NCBI GenBank assembly: GCA_034780895.1
Contig: JAUZTB010000066.1
Location: forward strand, 20,769,569 to 20,833,568
Origin: Rhynchobatus australiae
Lineage: Eukaryota
DNA: 64,000 nucleotides
Reading direction: 5' to 3'
In this document: in pieces, positions 1-11,830 of the stretch
How the letters are laid out: every line of letters begins with the position of its first letter
Position numbering within the stretch: position 1 is the first letter of the stretch
Made by a program: the position numbers and the translations under genes
The notes under the pieces: generated by a model
The model's input: only the letters and a program-made list of their open reading frames with translations
Database searches by the model: none
What the model was told of the DNA's origin: nothing

Positions 1-1240
1 CGTGAGTGCAGGCTGAGCATGGGTGGTGGGTTGGCCCATCCCAGTAGCTTTATCATCACAGTCTCCCACATGGTCAACAGATATTGGATCACCATTGATC
101 AAACACTTAAATGGACCAGTAACAAAATATACCAGTCACTAGAAGTTCAGAGGCTAGACGTGCTGTGACTAGTTTTGCGAACCAGGAGATGGGTTACCTT
201 TTCTAACATCTACAAGGCATGAAGTGAGGAGCCTGCTGGAGTTTATTTCACTTTCCAGGTTAAGACCAGTTCCAAAATATCAATTTCCTCATTATCATCT
301 GGAACAAAGCAGCACACGTGACTGATATTTAATCCTCTGTTAAAATCCTTCCATCAGTGACCTGGCTATAGCATGTACTGTTCACAAGATGCACCCCTGT
401 GATGCGCCAAGGAATCTTCTACACCACCTCCTAAGCCCCCAGTCACTACTACTTAAAGGGACAGAGCTAGAACAACATGGCATGGCACTGTCACCAACTG
501 AAAGAGCTCCTTTCTAAGGTGCACATTATCCTGACTTGGGAATACGTGTTGTTCTTTTATTATCATGGCAGATGAGATGATGGCTTACTGCCTTCTTCTC
601 AAGAGCATTCACAGATGGAGAGTTGATGCTGGCCTTGCCTTCAAAGCCATATACATGATTAAAAAAAAATCACCCAATGCTTGTTCTTTTCTGAATTGTT
701 CACTTTGAGCAGAAAAGGGGGCTGTGATCAGTTTTTGCCCCAGTTCTCTTTTTGCCGGAAGTTTCAAGAAAATAAATCTTATTCTGAAACTATATTACCA
801 TGTGCATCTATTCCGTAGACATGATGTGTCAGTGGGCTGTTTTCAAGGAAGACATCAAAGCATTTGGTCAGCAACTATGTTCATGGCTTCCACTAGAGGT
901 CATTGGATAATGACATCCAGTGGGTTCACCGAGTGTCTGTCAGTGGCCATCCAGTTGCCCCAGCTCCTCTTTCTTCATATTTTCTGTTTGTCCAGGCTGA
1001 ATATACAAATAAATCTATATATTACACTTAAGAAGCTTAAATAACTCTAAATAAAGACTATTTAATCCCTCATGCCCATTCCTCTTGCAATNNNNNNNNN
1101 NNNNNNNNATTCTGGTCAAATCATGTTCTTTGTGAAAGGTCTCAATTAAAGAAAGTCTGTTCCACAAATCTGTGACTATTCCTACATTGTTAGAATACTT
1201 TCTGTTCCATGCCAATAACTATATGTCTGTTGTTTTCCAG

Positions 1241-1318
1241 AGAGATTGACATCCTTTTTCCTGGTTATACTCATATGCAGAGGGCCCAGCCGATTCGATG
1301 GAGTCACTGGATACTGAG
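1241..1318 (+). CDS. ASL: Argininosuccinate lyase internal exon (human exon 7 equivalent): [26 protein letters not shown]
   Basis: ttccag acceptor and GT donor; 78 nt; PGYTHxQRAQP motif with the catalytic His region of ASL. Confidence 0.96.
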
Positions 1319-3171
1319 GTGATCCCTATTTTCACTAGTGTGAACCATCTGAAAAATAGAGGACTCCTGGTCTCTAACTTTTATCAAGTCCAAGGTTAAA
1401 TTTACTTGCATGGATAAAAATAAATATTTTACCACAGTTCTTTGGGTGATGGACTTGCACTTCTAAATATAATGTTCAAAGGCTAACTGTGATATCATGG
1501 GATTATCAGAAGGTTTGCAAAGAAATAAGGTAAACTTGTACTGAAAGGTTTTAATTTGCTGAAGGTAGTGATTTTTGAATCATAGTATGCGGATTACTTT
1601 GATTTTAAAACATTCATCCTTTTTCTTTTTACAAATTTTTCTGTGGCCTTGCCCTTCCTCTTTCTCAAACCTTTTACAATGCTGGAAACCTACAAGACTC
1701 TTGCTCACTTCCAGTTCCAGCCTCATGCACGTCAATCCATTTTCCTAACTCCAGTGTTCAGGTGTATCAGACACCCAGGCCCTAACCTCCGGAGTTTGCT
1801 CACTAAGTATCTCTGCAATTTTTTAAAATCCTCCTTTCTTTGTTTAAGATGCTCCTTTGAAACTTCTATTACTTTTCATATCACCTTTCGTAATATTTTT
1901 CACTTCTACTGATGTTCCTGTGAAGCACATTGGGATAGATTCATTAAAAGCACTACTCAAATGCAAGTTTTGCACAGAGGTGTTCTCAATGTCAAAATAT
2001 AGAGAATGATATTTAACGACAATGAAAGCCAGTTTTTAATTTCCAATTTGAAAACTGTTTTGCGAGGAGAGATGTTATTTTCAGAGTTAAAGTGAAAGAT
2101 TGGACCGGTAGAGATACAGATAAGCTTAAAGGAAAATTGGGCTGTGAAATTTTATTTTGACTTGCTCAACATGCAAGTGTATAGTCAGTCTAAATGNNNN
2201 NNNNNNNNNNNNNNNNNNNNNNNNNNNNNNNNNNNNNNNNNNNNNNNNNNNNNNNNNNNNNNNNNNNNNNNNNNNNNNNNNNNNNNNNNNNNNNNNNNNN
2301 NNNNNNNNNNNNNNNNNNNNNNNNNNNNNNNNNNNNNNNNNNNNNNNNNNNNNNNNNNNNNNNNNNNNNNNNNNNNNNNNNNNNNNNNNNNNNNNNNNNN
2401 NNNNNNNNNNNNNNNNNNNNNNNNNNNNNNNNNNNNNNNNNNNNNNNNNNNNNNNNNNNNNNNNNNNNNNNNNNNNNNNNNNNNNNNNNNNNCTTAGATA
2501 GAGGAAAGTTGGGGGGGGGGAAGAACAAAAGAGTTCTTTGGCAGGAGATATTAAATGTTAGAAGTGATGGTGCAAATCAAACAGTGTTGTAATCGGACAA
2601 ATATGGAAACAGAAGCTGGGTGCAGAGCAGCAATAAATGGAAATTTCAAAATCATCATCGGAAGTATTATGAATGCTGAGTTTAGAAGACTCTGATGTAC
2701 CCCAGTGATAAGTTCTGTACAGAAAGTATTACACCTGCACAGAAGTTATTAAGTTATTACAAAAAAAGCTGAAGAAATTAATGGTATCTTTTACCAGAAG
2801 AGTTGTAAGGCTGGGGATGGAAGGGGGAGTGGAAGAGAGAGGTTCATCAGATGGATGTAAATTCTTCCTGTGTGCTGGCTGACAGTAATCTCTGAACCAA
2901 CCCTACTAAAAATAGATTAAAAGATCACCACCTGTCACTGGACTGCTGCAGAATGACAGTGATCAAACTTAAAAAGAGATGCATTGGCCTTAAAGTGCTG
3001 TGAAGTATCCTGAAGTTGTTAAAAGTGTTTCTTTAATTGAATGCCAAAATATTGACCATTGCACTAAAACACAAATCATTGTGAAATTATTATGATTTGA
3101 GCATTGTTTAAAACTCCTGAGGTTAATCTGTTGCTGCATTTTGTTCATTGAACATGTCTTCTGTATTCTAG

Positions 3172-3249
3172 CTATGCCACTGCCTTGTCTCGTGATGCTG
3201 AGAGACTGGATGAAGTTAGGAGAAGAACCAATGTTCTACCATTGGGAAG
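3172..3249 (+). CDS. ASL: ASL internal exon (exon 8 equivalent): YATALSRDAERLDEVRRRTNVLPLGS
   Basis: ctag acceptor, GT donor, 78 nt, phase-compatible with both neighbours; matches ASL HAVALTRDSERL...NVLPLGS. Confidence 0.95.
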
Positions 3250-3418
3250 GTGCTATGTCGTTCTCTTATCTCCAGTGACTTTTAGAGTAGTAAATCATCT
3301 TAATTCACCTATAGTAGGTTAATTTACTGATCTCCCCAGATCAAATTTGTGCATCAGTATTTTAGGATCAATTAAGAATGAACAATTGATTCACTGGAAT
3401 TATTATTTTAATTCCTAG

Positions 3419-3471
3419 TGGTGCCATTGCTGGAAATCCTTTTCAGATCGACAGAGAATTTCTTCGTAAAG
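3419..3471 (+). CDS. ASL: ASL internal exon (exon 9 equivalent): GAIAGNPFQIDREFLRK
   Basis: cctag acceptor, gtaaac donor, 53 nt; GAIAGNP motif. Confidence 0.95.
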
Positions 3472-3514
3472 GTAAACTTTTAAAATTAAAGAAAAATATT
3501 GAAAATTGTTTAAT

Positions 3515-3731
3515 GGAGACGTGAGATTCTGCAGATGGTAGAATCTGGAGAAATGCACACAAAATGCTGGAGGAACTCAGCAGGTCAAGCAACATCTGTA
3601 GAGGGAAATAAACAGTTGACGTTTTGGGTCGAGACCCTTCATCAGGACTCTTGATCGCGACCTGAAATGTCGACTGTTTATTTCCCTCCATAGATGCTGC
3701 CGGACCTGCTGAGTTCCTCCAGCATTTTGTG
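3515..3731. mobile_element. Penelope-like-element terminus arranged as an inverted pair, with a 20-bp target-site duplication
   Basis: 74-nt inverted arms 3558-3631 and 3658-3731; flanking direct repeat aat(a/g)ttgaaaa(t/c)tgtttaat at 3495-3514 and 3732-3751; hammerhead-like core on the minus strand. Confidence 0.75.
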
Positions 3732-4129
3732 AATGTTGAAAACTGTTTAATACTTGGTTAAGGCTGTATAGATTACGGATTGATTGGGTAACCTGATTTA
3801 TTTATTTTTCTTTTTTTTCTTGCAACAGTTGAAATTGTTAGAATTCCTAATTTGTGGTCTGAATCTTGCTGAGAGTGGCAGTACAACTTTAATAATAGTT
3901 ATGAGCTGGAGAAGAATTAAAAATCATCAGCCATAACTTGGCCATGATGGGAGAAAATGAAAGAAGTCTTACTGATTCTTTTTTGAAAGAAACCTAGTCT
4001 GTTTCAGAACAAATCCTTTCATGTATCTTCCCTGTGTTTTAAAATTTCTTAAAATGGGGATTTAAAAAAAAATCTGTCAAGAACCAAGTTGTCTTGTGCT
4101 GACTGTTGAACTGCTTGTTTGACTTTCAG

Positions 4130-4192
4130 AGCTGCAGTTTGATGCAATTAGTTTGAACAGTATGGATGCAACCAGTGAGCGAGACTTTGTTG
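4130..4192 (+). CDS. ASL: ASL internal exon (exon 10 equivalent): ELQFDAISLNSMDATSERDFV, ending at a GC donor
   Basis: tttcag acceptor; 63 nt; NSMDATSERDFV motif; followed by G|GCAAGT. Confidence 0.93.
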
Positions 4193-7100
4193 GCAAGTAC
4201 TATTTCTTTCACTAAATAAACAATCTATAGATGATTTGCATGGAGAATAAGCACAGGTTTTACAAATGTAGCATTGGATCATTCTGAACCCTCTTAGTTT
4301 TCACAATTTGTTGACCTCTTTGGTTTCAAAACTCTGGTCTTTTTTTGTTCAAATCCCACTGTGGCCTCTATCCTCCCTGTGTCTCTAACACCCTCTGGAT
4401 GTGGAAGTCTCTAAGTTTTGCCAACTTCCAATTCTGGCTCCACCAAAGATTGTTCTACCTTCAGGCACATAACTCTAAACTCCTGGCATTTACTCCCTAA
4501 ATTTTCTTCTCTTTACTTTTTACTTTTTTAAGGCAATCCTTAAAACCCAATTCTTCAATCCTGCCTCTTTTCTTTCAGTCCTTTTACTTGTTCCTGTGAA
4601 GCTACGGGGACATTAGACCATGTTGAAGTTTCTACATTACTGTTGTAGTATTGAGATATTCCCTTCTTCAGTATGTACCTCTGTGGGACGTACCTTTAGA
4701 ATACAAACTTAAATCAGCTGTTACTGCCAGAAATATTGCACTTGAGTTGCTGTTTGACATTACTAACAAGAATAGGATTGGATCAGAGGGGTTTTGCCTA
4801 AGATTGTGGTTGATGGGGAACAACTTTGCCTAAACATAGTGCCAGACCAAGTAATGGTCTGTCTAAGATGGGGATTGGGTACAATAGGGACCAATTGTGA
4901 CCACTTCCATGGGTTAGCAGGATTGCAATTACAAAGAAAGCATTAAGAGAAGTATTCAGTTTGAACAGAAATTAATGATCTATTTCAATGATTCAACTGC
5001 GAATAGACTATTTGAGATATTAGACAATGTTTTCTTGGGATTGTTTTGATAAATGCTGCTAATTCAAGGAGCAAGAATGATATGTGAAAATCGCTTCTGT
5101 TGCGGACTGGCATGAGAATGTGGTAACTGTCTGAGGAAAGGATATTAATGTAAAATCAAACAACATTATGAGGAGTTACGTTTATGAAAGATAAACAAAG
5201 GAAGAAGCAAGTTGAGGACTGTCATACAGAGGGAAAGTGAAGTTTCTTGGAAACTTGCTGTATGAAGAAGAAGAAAAGTGAGAGTCATACCACTGGAAGA
5301 GTCTCAGGGGTAAGTTGGTGGATCATATAGAAAGGATACACACCAAAAATAATACTTCAACCTAAACAATAGGGCAAGGATGGGTTCAAGTTAGTAAAAT
5401 GCAAGTTTGAGCTGATGATGATCTTTAAACCAAATTATCAATCAATGAAATGAACTTCCAGTTTGGATAGTGGAGGCAAGAATCCTAGAATTACTTTAGA
5501 AGAACAATAATCAGTAGCAGGTCAGGTTGCATCCTTGTTCCCTTCACCAAAACTGCCCAACCTTCTGATTTTCCACCCTTTTCAGTTTTCCAGAAATTGG
5601 AGTGTTTGACACTTGCAGAAAAACTACACATAATATTCAACAAAACTCCCCACAAATCATGCAGCTGCTGTTCATGTCAGTGTTATGGCTCACTCAGTAC
5701 TCCTCCCTTCCTTCCAAATATTTCTCTGNNNNNNNNNNNNNNNNNNNNNNNNNNNNNNNNNNNNNNNNNNNNNNNNNNNNNNNNNNNNNNNNNNNNNNNN
5801 NNNNNNNNNNNNNNNNNNNNNNNNNNNNNNNNNNNNNNNNNNNNNNNNNNNNNNNNNNNNNNNNNNNNNNNNNNNNNNNNNNNNNNNNNNNNNNNNNNNN
5901 NNNNNNNNNNNNNNNNNNNNNNNNNNNNNNNNNNNNNNNNNNNNNNNNNNNNNNNNNNNNNNNNNNNNNNNNNNNNNNNNNNNNNNNNNNNNNNNNNNNN
6001 NNNNNNNNNNNNNNNNNNNNNNNNNNNNNNNNNNNNNNNNNNNNNNNNNNNNNNNNNNNNNNNNNNNNNNNNNNNNNNNNNNNNNNNNNNNNNNNNNNNN
6101 NNNNNNNNNNNNNNNNNNNNNNNNNNNNNNNNNNNNNNNNNNNNNNNNNNNNNNNNNNNNNNNNNNNNNNNNNNNNNNNNNNNNNNNNNNNNNNNNNNNN
6201 NNNNNNNNNNNNNNNNNNNNNNNNNNNNNNNNNNNNNNNNNNNNNNNNNNNNNNNNNNNNNNNNNNNNNNNNNNNNNNNNNNNNNNNNNNNNNNNNNNNN
6301 NNNNNNNNNNNNNNNNNNNNNNNNNNNNNNNNNNNNNNNNNNNNNNNNNNNNNNNNNNNNNNNNNNNNNNNNNNNNNNNNNNNNNNNNNNNNNNNNNNNN
6401 NNNNNNNNTGGAAATTGGGGCTAGATAGGAATAGTTTTAGTTTAGCTCATGGAGCAGACTCGATGGACCGAATGGCCTACTTCTGCTCCTTTGTCTTGTG
6501 ATCTTGTTTGGGTGAGGTGTCTGTTTTATCTTGAATTAATTGTAGATTTTCTGAGTTTGGAGGGAGGTGCAGTTGGCAGCTGAAATCTGTAAACATCGTG
6601 GTTTAATGCAGCTGGAACTGCCTCCAGAAATAGCAAGCTGAGTGACTGAACAAAACTATTTTGATGAATCACTCGAGACTGGAGTTTTCAATGCCTTTTT
6701 GTTTCTAACATTTATGAATAAATATCGTATTTCATTAACGTGATCCCTGTGATAGCTCTGAGGTTTTCTGACTGCATGCAGATGTTTATGTTCCTATGAG
6801 GTAATTTTTTTTCTGCAGGTGATAAAATGTCACTTTACCTCTAAGATGATTACAGAAAAGCAGTGGTAGTTAACCTTCTGAAAACAAAATATCAGTAGCC
6901 CACATCAGAATAGATGGTAGAGTGCCATTTTGTGTTAGGATTGACAGAAGTTTGGAAATTTCTACTGCAAATGGTCATTGAAATGAGGGCAATTGTTAAT
7001 AACTAATCTGTGATTGATAAGAGGGAAAGGCAGGTATGGGGAGCGAGGTTACAATTCAGTCACAATCTTGCTGAATGACACAATAGGCTCAGAGCCAAAA

Positions 7101-7239
7101 GGCCTATTTCTGTTCCCATGATTGTTGGTAAGGAAACCTTGATGAGTTCTCCTTCTTGCTCAGTCCCTTAGGATTGACAGTGACTTGTTTTCACTTCCTT
7201 TCTATGGATTATGACATGGCTGATGAGGCCAATGTAAAA

Positions 7240-8030
7240 CCGGCAGGTGGGATGCTTGGTGTGGGGGTGGGGGTGATAGGAAGGGGTTAGCTTAGGAGAT
7301 GGGAGTTTCTTCCACTCTCTACATTGGCCTTCCTTGTGCTCCCAACAAATGGACGTCCCACATGCTCTTTCTCCATTTTGATTGATCACATGCCAGGGAT
7401 TCCCACAAATTGGTGGTGGTGTTTCTTTTTAAGCAGACATTGAACTCATCCTTGAATTCTTTCCTCCGTCTTCCTGGTAAACTCTTTGCATGATGGAGCT
7501 CGGAGTGGAGTACCTGTTTCAGGAGCCTAGTTTCAGGCATGCAAACAATGTAACCCACCCATCAGAGTTGGCAAAATGTAATTGGAGCCTTGATACTGGC
7601 TTGTCGGTCTGGGACAGTGGGTTTGGAAGTTTCTACAGAGACAGCATGGGTGGTATCTGTCCAGTGTTTGAGGTCCATGTCTGTGAAGCATACAGGAGAA
7701 CAAACCTCATGGTCGCATGGTAGATCATGAGTTTTTTGTTGGGTTTGAACTCTTGGCCTTCAAACACTTTTTTTTCCTCAGTCAGCCAAACACTGTGTGC
7801 TGGTGCTCTGGAGACAGTGGTGAATTTCACCACTGATGCCTGGATTCACTGAGAGGTGTCTTCTGAGATCTAGAAAATGGGTGACATTTTCCTCAGTCTC
7901 GTCATGGATCTTTATCATCGGGGGGATGTTAGGAAAGGTCCCACTCTTGCAGATATTTTGTGTAATGCAAGTTTTGTCAATCACTTCATTGAATGAGTGC
8001 ACGATGGCTTGGAATTTATTCATCCTTTAG
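7240..8030 (-). mobile_element. Degenerate RTE-clade LINE 3' fragment
   Basis: Minus ORF GYIVCMPETRLLKQVLHSELHHAKSLPGRRRKEFKD resembles the RTE C-terminal WxGHVxRMxDxRLPKQ...GxRxRGxQxKR motif. Confidence 0.7.
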
Positions 8031-8079
8031 ATTAACTGCTCTCCAGGTGGAAGGGCATGTTGATTCAGCAACGTGATAT

Positions 8080-8960
8080 GGATTGATTGAGTGATTGGGT
8101 GAAAAGCTGGCAAGTGGAGTTTAATATGGGGAAGTGTGGGGTGATGTGGAATCAAAAATCAGATTATTATCTAAATGGAGAGAGACTGCAAATGAGCGAA
8201 GTTCAGAGGGATCTAGGTGTTCTAGTGTGTGAATCACAAAAAGTTAGCAGGACTAACAAGTAGATAAGAAGGCAAACAATATTTTGGCCTTTATTTTGGA
8301 GGGGTTGGAGTTTAAGAGTAGGGAGCTTTTGTAACAGTTGTACAGGGTATTGCTGAGGCCACAACTGGGATACTGCACATGGTTTAGGTGTCCTTACTTA
8401 GGAAAGCTCAGGGTAGCATTGGAGGCAGTCCAAAGGAAATTCACTACGCTAATTCCTGGGATGACAGGCTTGTTCTATCAAAAGAGGCTAGACAGTTCCA
8501 GTCTGTATTCCTTAGAGCTCAGAAGAATGAGAGGAGATCTTATTCAGACATATAACACCCTAAAGGGGCTTGACAAGGTAGATTTTTTTTAGTTTAAATT
8601 TCCAATATCTGCAGGGTTTTTTTTTGATTTTCATGGTAAACGTTGAGATGTTTCCGCTGGTGGGAGAGTCACAAACAAAGGGATATAGCTACAAATAAGG
8701 GGTCAGTCATTTAAAACTGAGGCGTGTAGAAATTTCTTCTCTCAAAGGGTATGAATCTCTGGAATTCTTTGCCCTCTGAGGATGTTGGAAGCCAGATAAC
8801 TAGATAGATAAATATTTTAAGGATCAAGGAATTGATGGTTATGAGGAATTGGCACAGAAGAGGAGTTAAGGGTGCTGTAGATCTGCTATGATCACATTGA
8901 ATGGCAAGGCAGGGCTAAAGGACCTGCTGACCTACTGCAGCTCCTATTTTCTTGTGTACT
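8080..8960 (+). mobile_element. Degenerate CR1/L3 LINE 3' fragment
   Basis: YRVLLRPQLGYC...LEAVQRKFTTLIPGM...LYSLELRRMRGDLIQTY is the CR1 ORF2 C-terminus; CR1-type 3' tail follows. Confidence 0.85.
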
Positions 8961-9283
8961 CCTGTGGGAAGCTTGTTAGAGGTGGTTGCAATATTGCTGA
9001 GTTACCATTAGGACTACTGACAAGCTCTTCAGTTCTTTATTTGATATTTGCATTTGAAAGTCATTTATATTCTTCCTTTCTTGGGCTGCCAATAGTAAAC
9101 ATTGAAAGTGAAGCACACCAAAATAGATCATTTTCAGCAAGCCTCTTGAAGTCAAAGCATTTATATGTTGGCAGGTTGAGTACCAAAAATTATCATGCCA
9201 TGGAGTTTCTTTGGAATACAGTTAAGTTGGTGAACTGATTCCTCAAGCAGGGACCAGCTGCTGATTCTGCCATGCATTCAGCT

Positions 9284-9605
9284 GAGAGATGTGTGCATGC
9301 ATGGATGGATGGAGTGTGTGGATGAGTGTGAGAGGAGTGGAGTGTGTATGTAGGGGTTTGTGCATGTGTGGGAGATGGAGTACGTGTGTTTGGGGTGGAA
9401 TGTGCATGTGTGTGAGTGGTTTAGTGCATGCTTGTGTGGGAGTGAACTAGATGTGCATGTGTTGGAGTGTGAAAGGTAGATTGTGGGGTTGTGTACACAT
9501 GGACTTGCAAGGGTGGAGTATATGCATGTGTGGGGCAGTGTAAGTGTTTGTGTATGCATGTTTACATGTGTTGTGCAACTTTCGGGTATCTGTGTGTACA
9601 TGTAG
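9284..9605. repeat. Degenerate (TG)-rich low-complexity repeat
   Basis: Recurrent gtgcatgtgtg/gagtgtg units. Confidence 0.8.
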
Positions 9606-9703
9606 GGATGGGCAGTGTGGTGATATGGTGAAGGAAGGGGATGTCAGCAGTGTACCTACTGTTTAGGTGATTGACGGTACTATGAGCTTCCTTGTTCTTT
9701 CAG

Positions 9704-9788
9704 CACAGGGAGTAGCCTGATGCCCCAGAAGAAGAATGCTGACAGTTTGGAACTGATTCGAAGCAAAGCTGGCCGTGTGTTTGGGCGG
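9704..9788 (+). CDS. ASL: ASL internal exon (exon 12 equivalent): [28 protein letters not shown]
   Basis: ctttcag acceptor, gtaagg donor, 85 nt; fumarase/ASL superfamily signature GSSxMPxKxN. Confidence 0.97.
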
Positions 9789-10614
9789 GTAAGGATATTG
9801 TTGCAGTGTTACACCAGAGCCCCATTGGCTCAGCTCTCCCCTCATTCTGCGCACACCCAACCTTAAAAACAAAAAATGAGAAAAATCTGACAAGTTACCA
9901 AGAAATTGGGAGATTAAGGCACTTTGCCAGAATTGTGCAGGATCTGATCTGGGAGTGTTTAATGATGTTACACACACAGAGAAAGTGCAGAACATTCCTG
10001 ACTCAGTGTTGTTGCCTCACTCTCTTCTATAAGTGCTTGTGGACTCATTCACTCGCGTGAAAGCTGGAATTATTCACAGAGAAAAATGAGGCTGCCTCAG
10101 TAGTTTGCAATTTTCCAATCCTTTCTGTTTGGATGACATAGAAATAACTTTTTGCCCCCAATCCTTTCCCCTCTTTTTGCTGGAATGAAGGTTCTCAGAG
10201 GCCCTGTCTTCCAGTACTTTTCCAAGTGTCTTGTTTTTTTTTATTGCAAGAACCTTAAGAATAATTTTCAGTTTGCTATTCAACCATTGAAGGCATCACT
10301 GCTGACTTGGTCCTTGTATGAACTTTGTCTTGGTGCGAGCTTTCTGGTAAGTGTCAGTTTAATGGCACCACAAGTGTTTATTGTTCTTCTTCCTCTCTAG
10401 CTTCACAACTGTTGGGGGAATTTTATAACTGATGCACTCCCAATTTTTTTTCAGTGCTGCNNNNNNNNNNNNNNNNNNNNNNNNNNNNNNNNNNNNNNNN
10501 NNNNNNNNNNNNNNNNNNNNNNNNNNNNNNNNNNNNNNNNNNNNNNNNNNNNNNNNNNNNTGCTGCTAATTTGCATATCTGTAAGCCATTCTTGCCCATC
10601 GTTGTATTTCTGAT

Positions 10615-10950
10615 GGTGTGTCAGTTGTGGCTCAGTTGGTATTGCTCTCATCTCGAGTCAGAAGGTTGAGAGTTCAAGTGCCTCTCCAGGGTCTGACCGT
10701 CCGAAGTACTGGGGGAGTGCTGAACTATCAGAGCTGCTATTTATCAGATGAGATGTTAAATTAGTGCCCTGTCTGCCCCCTCAAGGACTGCACACTATTG
10801 ATGTCCTGTATTGATGACCAATATTTAGTCCTTAATCAACATTATGGAATTTTAAAAGAAAATTAACTGATCATTTTCACATCACCTTCTTGCTGTACAG
10901 AAATTAGTTTACACCTTCCTACACGTTGATAGTTACTGCACTTTAAGGGG
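10615..10950 (+). mobile_element. Deu-domain SINE (SacSINE1/AmnSINE-like)
   Basis: tRNA-like head (tggctcagttggt...gagttcaagt) followed by the Deu-like core gtactgggggagtgctg...cagatgagatgttaaa...ccctgtctgcccc; another decayed copy at about 36490-36680 (-). Confidence 0.65.
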
Positions 10951-10999
10951 ACCTTAGTAACTAAGGAAGAGTAGAGAAAATGCTAGAATCTATTATTAA

Positions 11000-11830
11000 C
11001 TTTGCACTTAGAAAATAATAATAGGATTGGGCAGTGTCAGTGTGATTGATAGAAAATACATTAACTGATAAATCTATTAGAGTTTGAGGTTGTAACAAGC
11101 AGAATAGATAAGGGGGAACTGGTGAATGTGATGTACTCAGATTTTAGAAGGATTTTGATAAGGTGCCACACAAGAGATTATTATACATAATTAGAGCACA
11201 TGGGATTGTGGAATGGATTGAGGATTGGTTAATGGAGAGTAGGACAGTATAACTGGTGGGATGCTGCAGAGCTCAGTGCTGGGGCCCCAGTTGTTCACAA
11301 TCTATATCAATGATTTGGATGAGGGATCGAGTGTAATTTCTACAAGTTTGCCAGTGATACAAAGCTGGGTGGCAATATGACTTGTAAGAAGGATGCAGAG
11401 GCTTCAGGGTTATATAGACAGGCTATGTGAATTGATGAGGGGAATATAAAGTTGTAAAATGTGAGGTAATCCACTTCTGTAGGAAAAATAGAAGAATGGT
11501 GTACTTTTTAAATGGTGTGAAATTGAAGGTGTTCCATGAGATTTTGGTGTCCTTGTACATGAATCAGTGAGTTAACATGCAGATATAGCAAGCTTAGGAA
11601 GGCAAATGATATAGTGACCTTTTTCCCAAGAGGAGAGTGAAGACATCTTACAGAAACGGCCCTGTAGACCAGTGGCCTTGGGAAGATTCACTGGACTGTT
11701 GTGTACAGGTCTGGTCTCCCTATTAAGGAAGAGTATTCTTGTGGGAAGGGTGAGCAATGAAGGTTCACTGGATTGATGTATGGCATAGGTCCAATGAGAA
11801 GACATTGAACAGACTGTGCCTGTGCATTCT
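11000..11830 (+). mobile_element. Degenerate CR1 LINE RT fragment
   Basis: Remnants of FDKVPH, GSVLGP and KFADDTKL coding sequence (ttgataaggtgccaca, tcagtgctggggcc, aagtttgccagtgatacaaagctg). Confidence 0.75.

Noticed and set aside
1-7. c|gtgagt at the window start as the donor of the preceding ASL exon
   Set aside because: Phase-compatible and plausible, but only one exonic base is visible, so it cannot be supported
9278-9601. His/Thr-rich 107-aa ORF
   Set aside because: Translation of a degenerate TG repeat
9737-9745. ASL signature reads KKNAD rather than human KKNPD
   Set aside because: The Pro is outside the core GSxxMxxKxN pattern, and from memory NAD occurs in functional ASLs such as yeast Arg4
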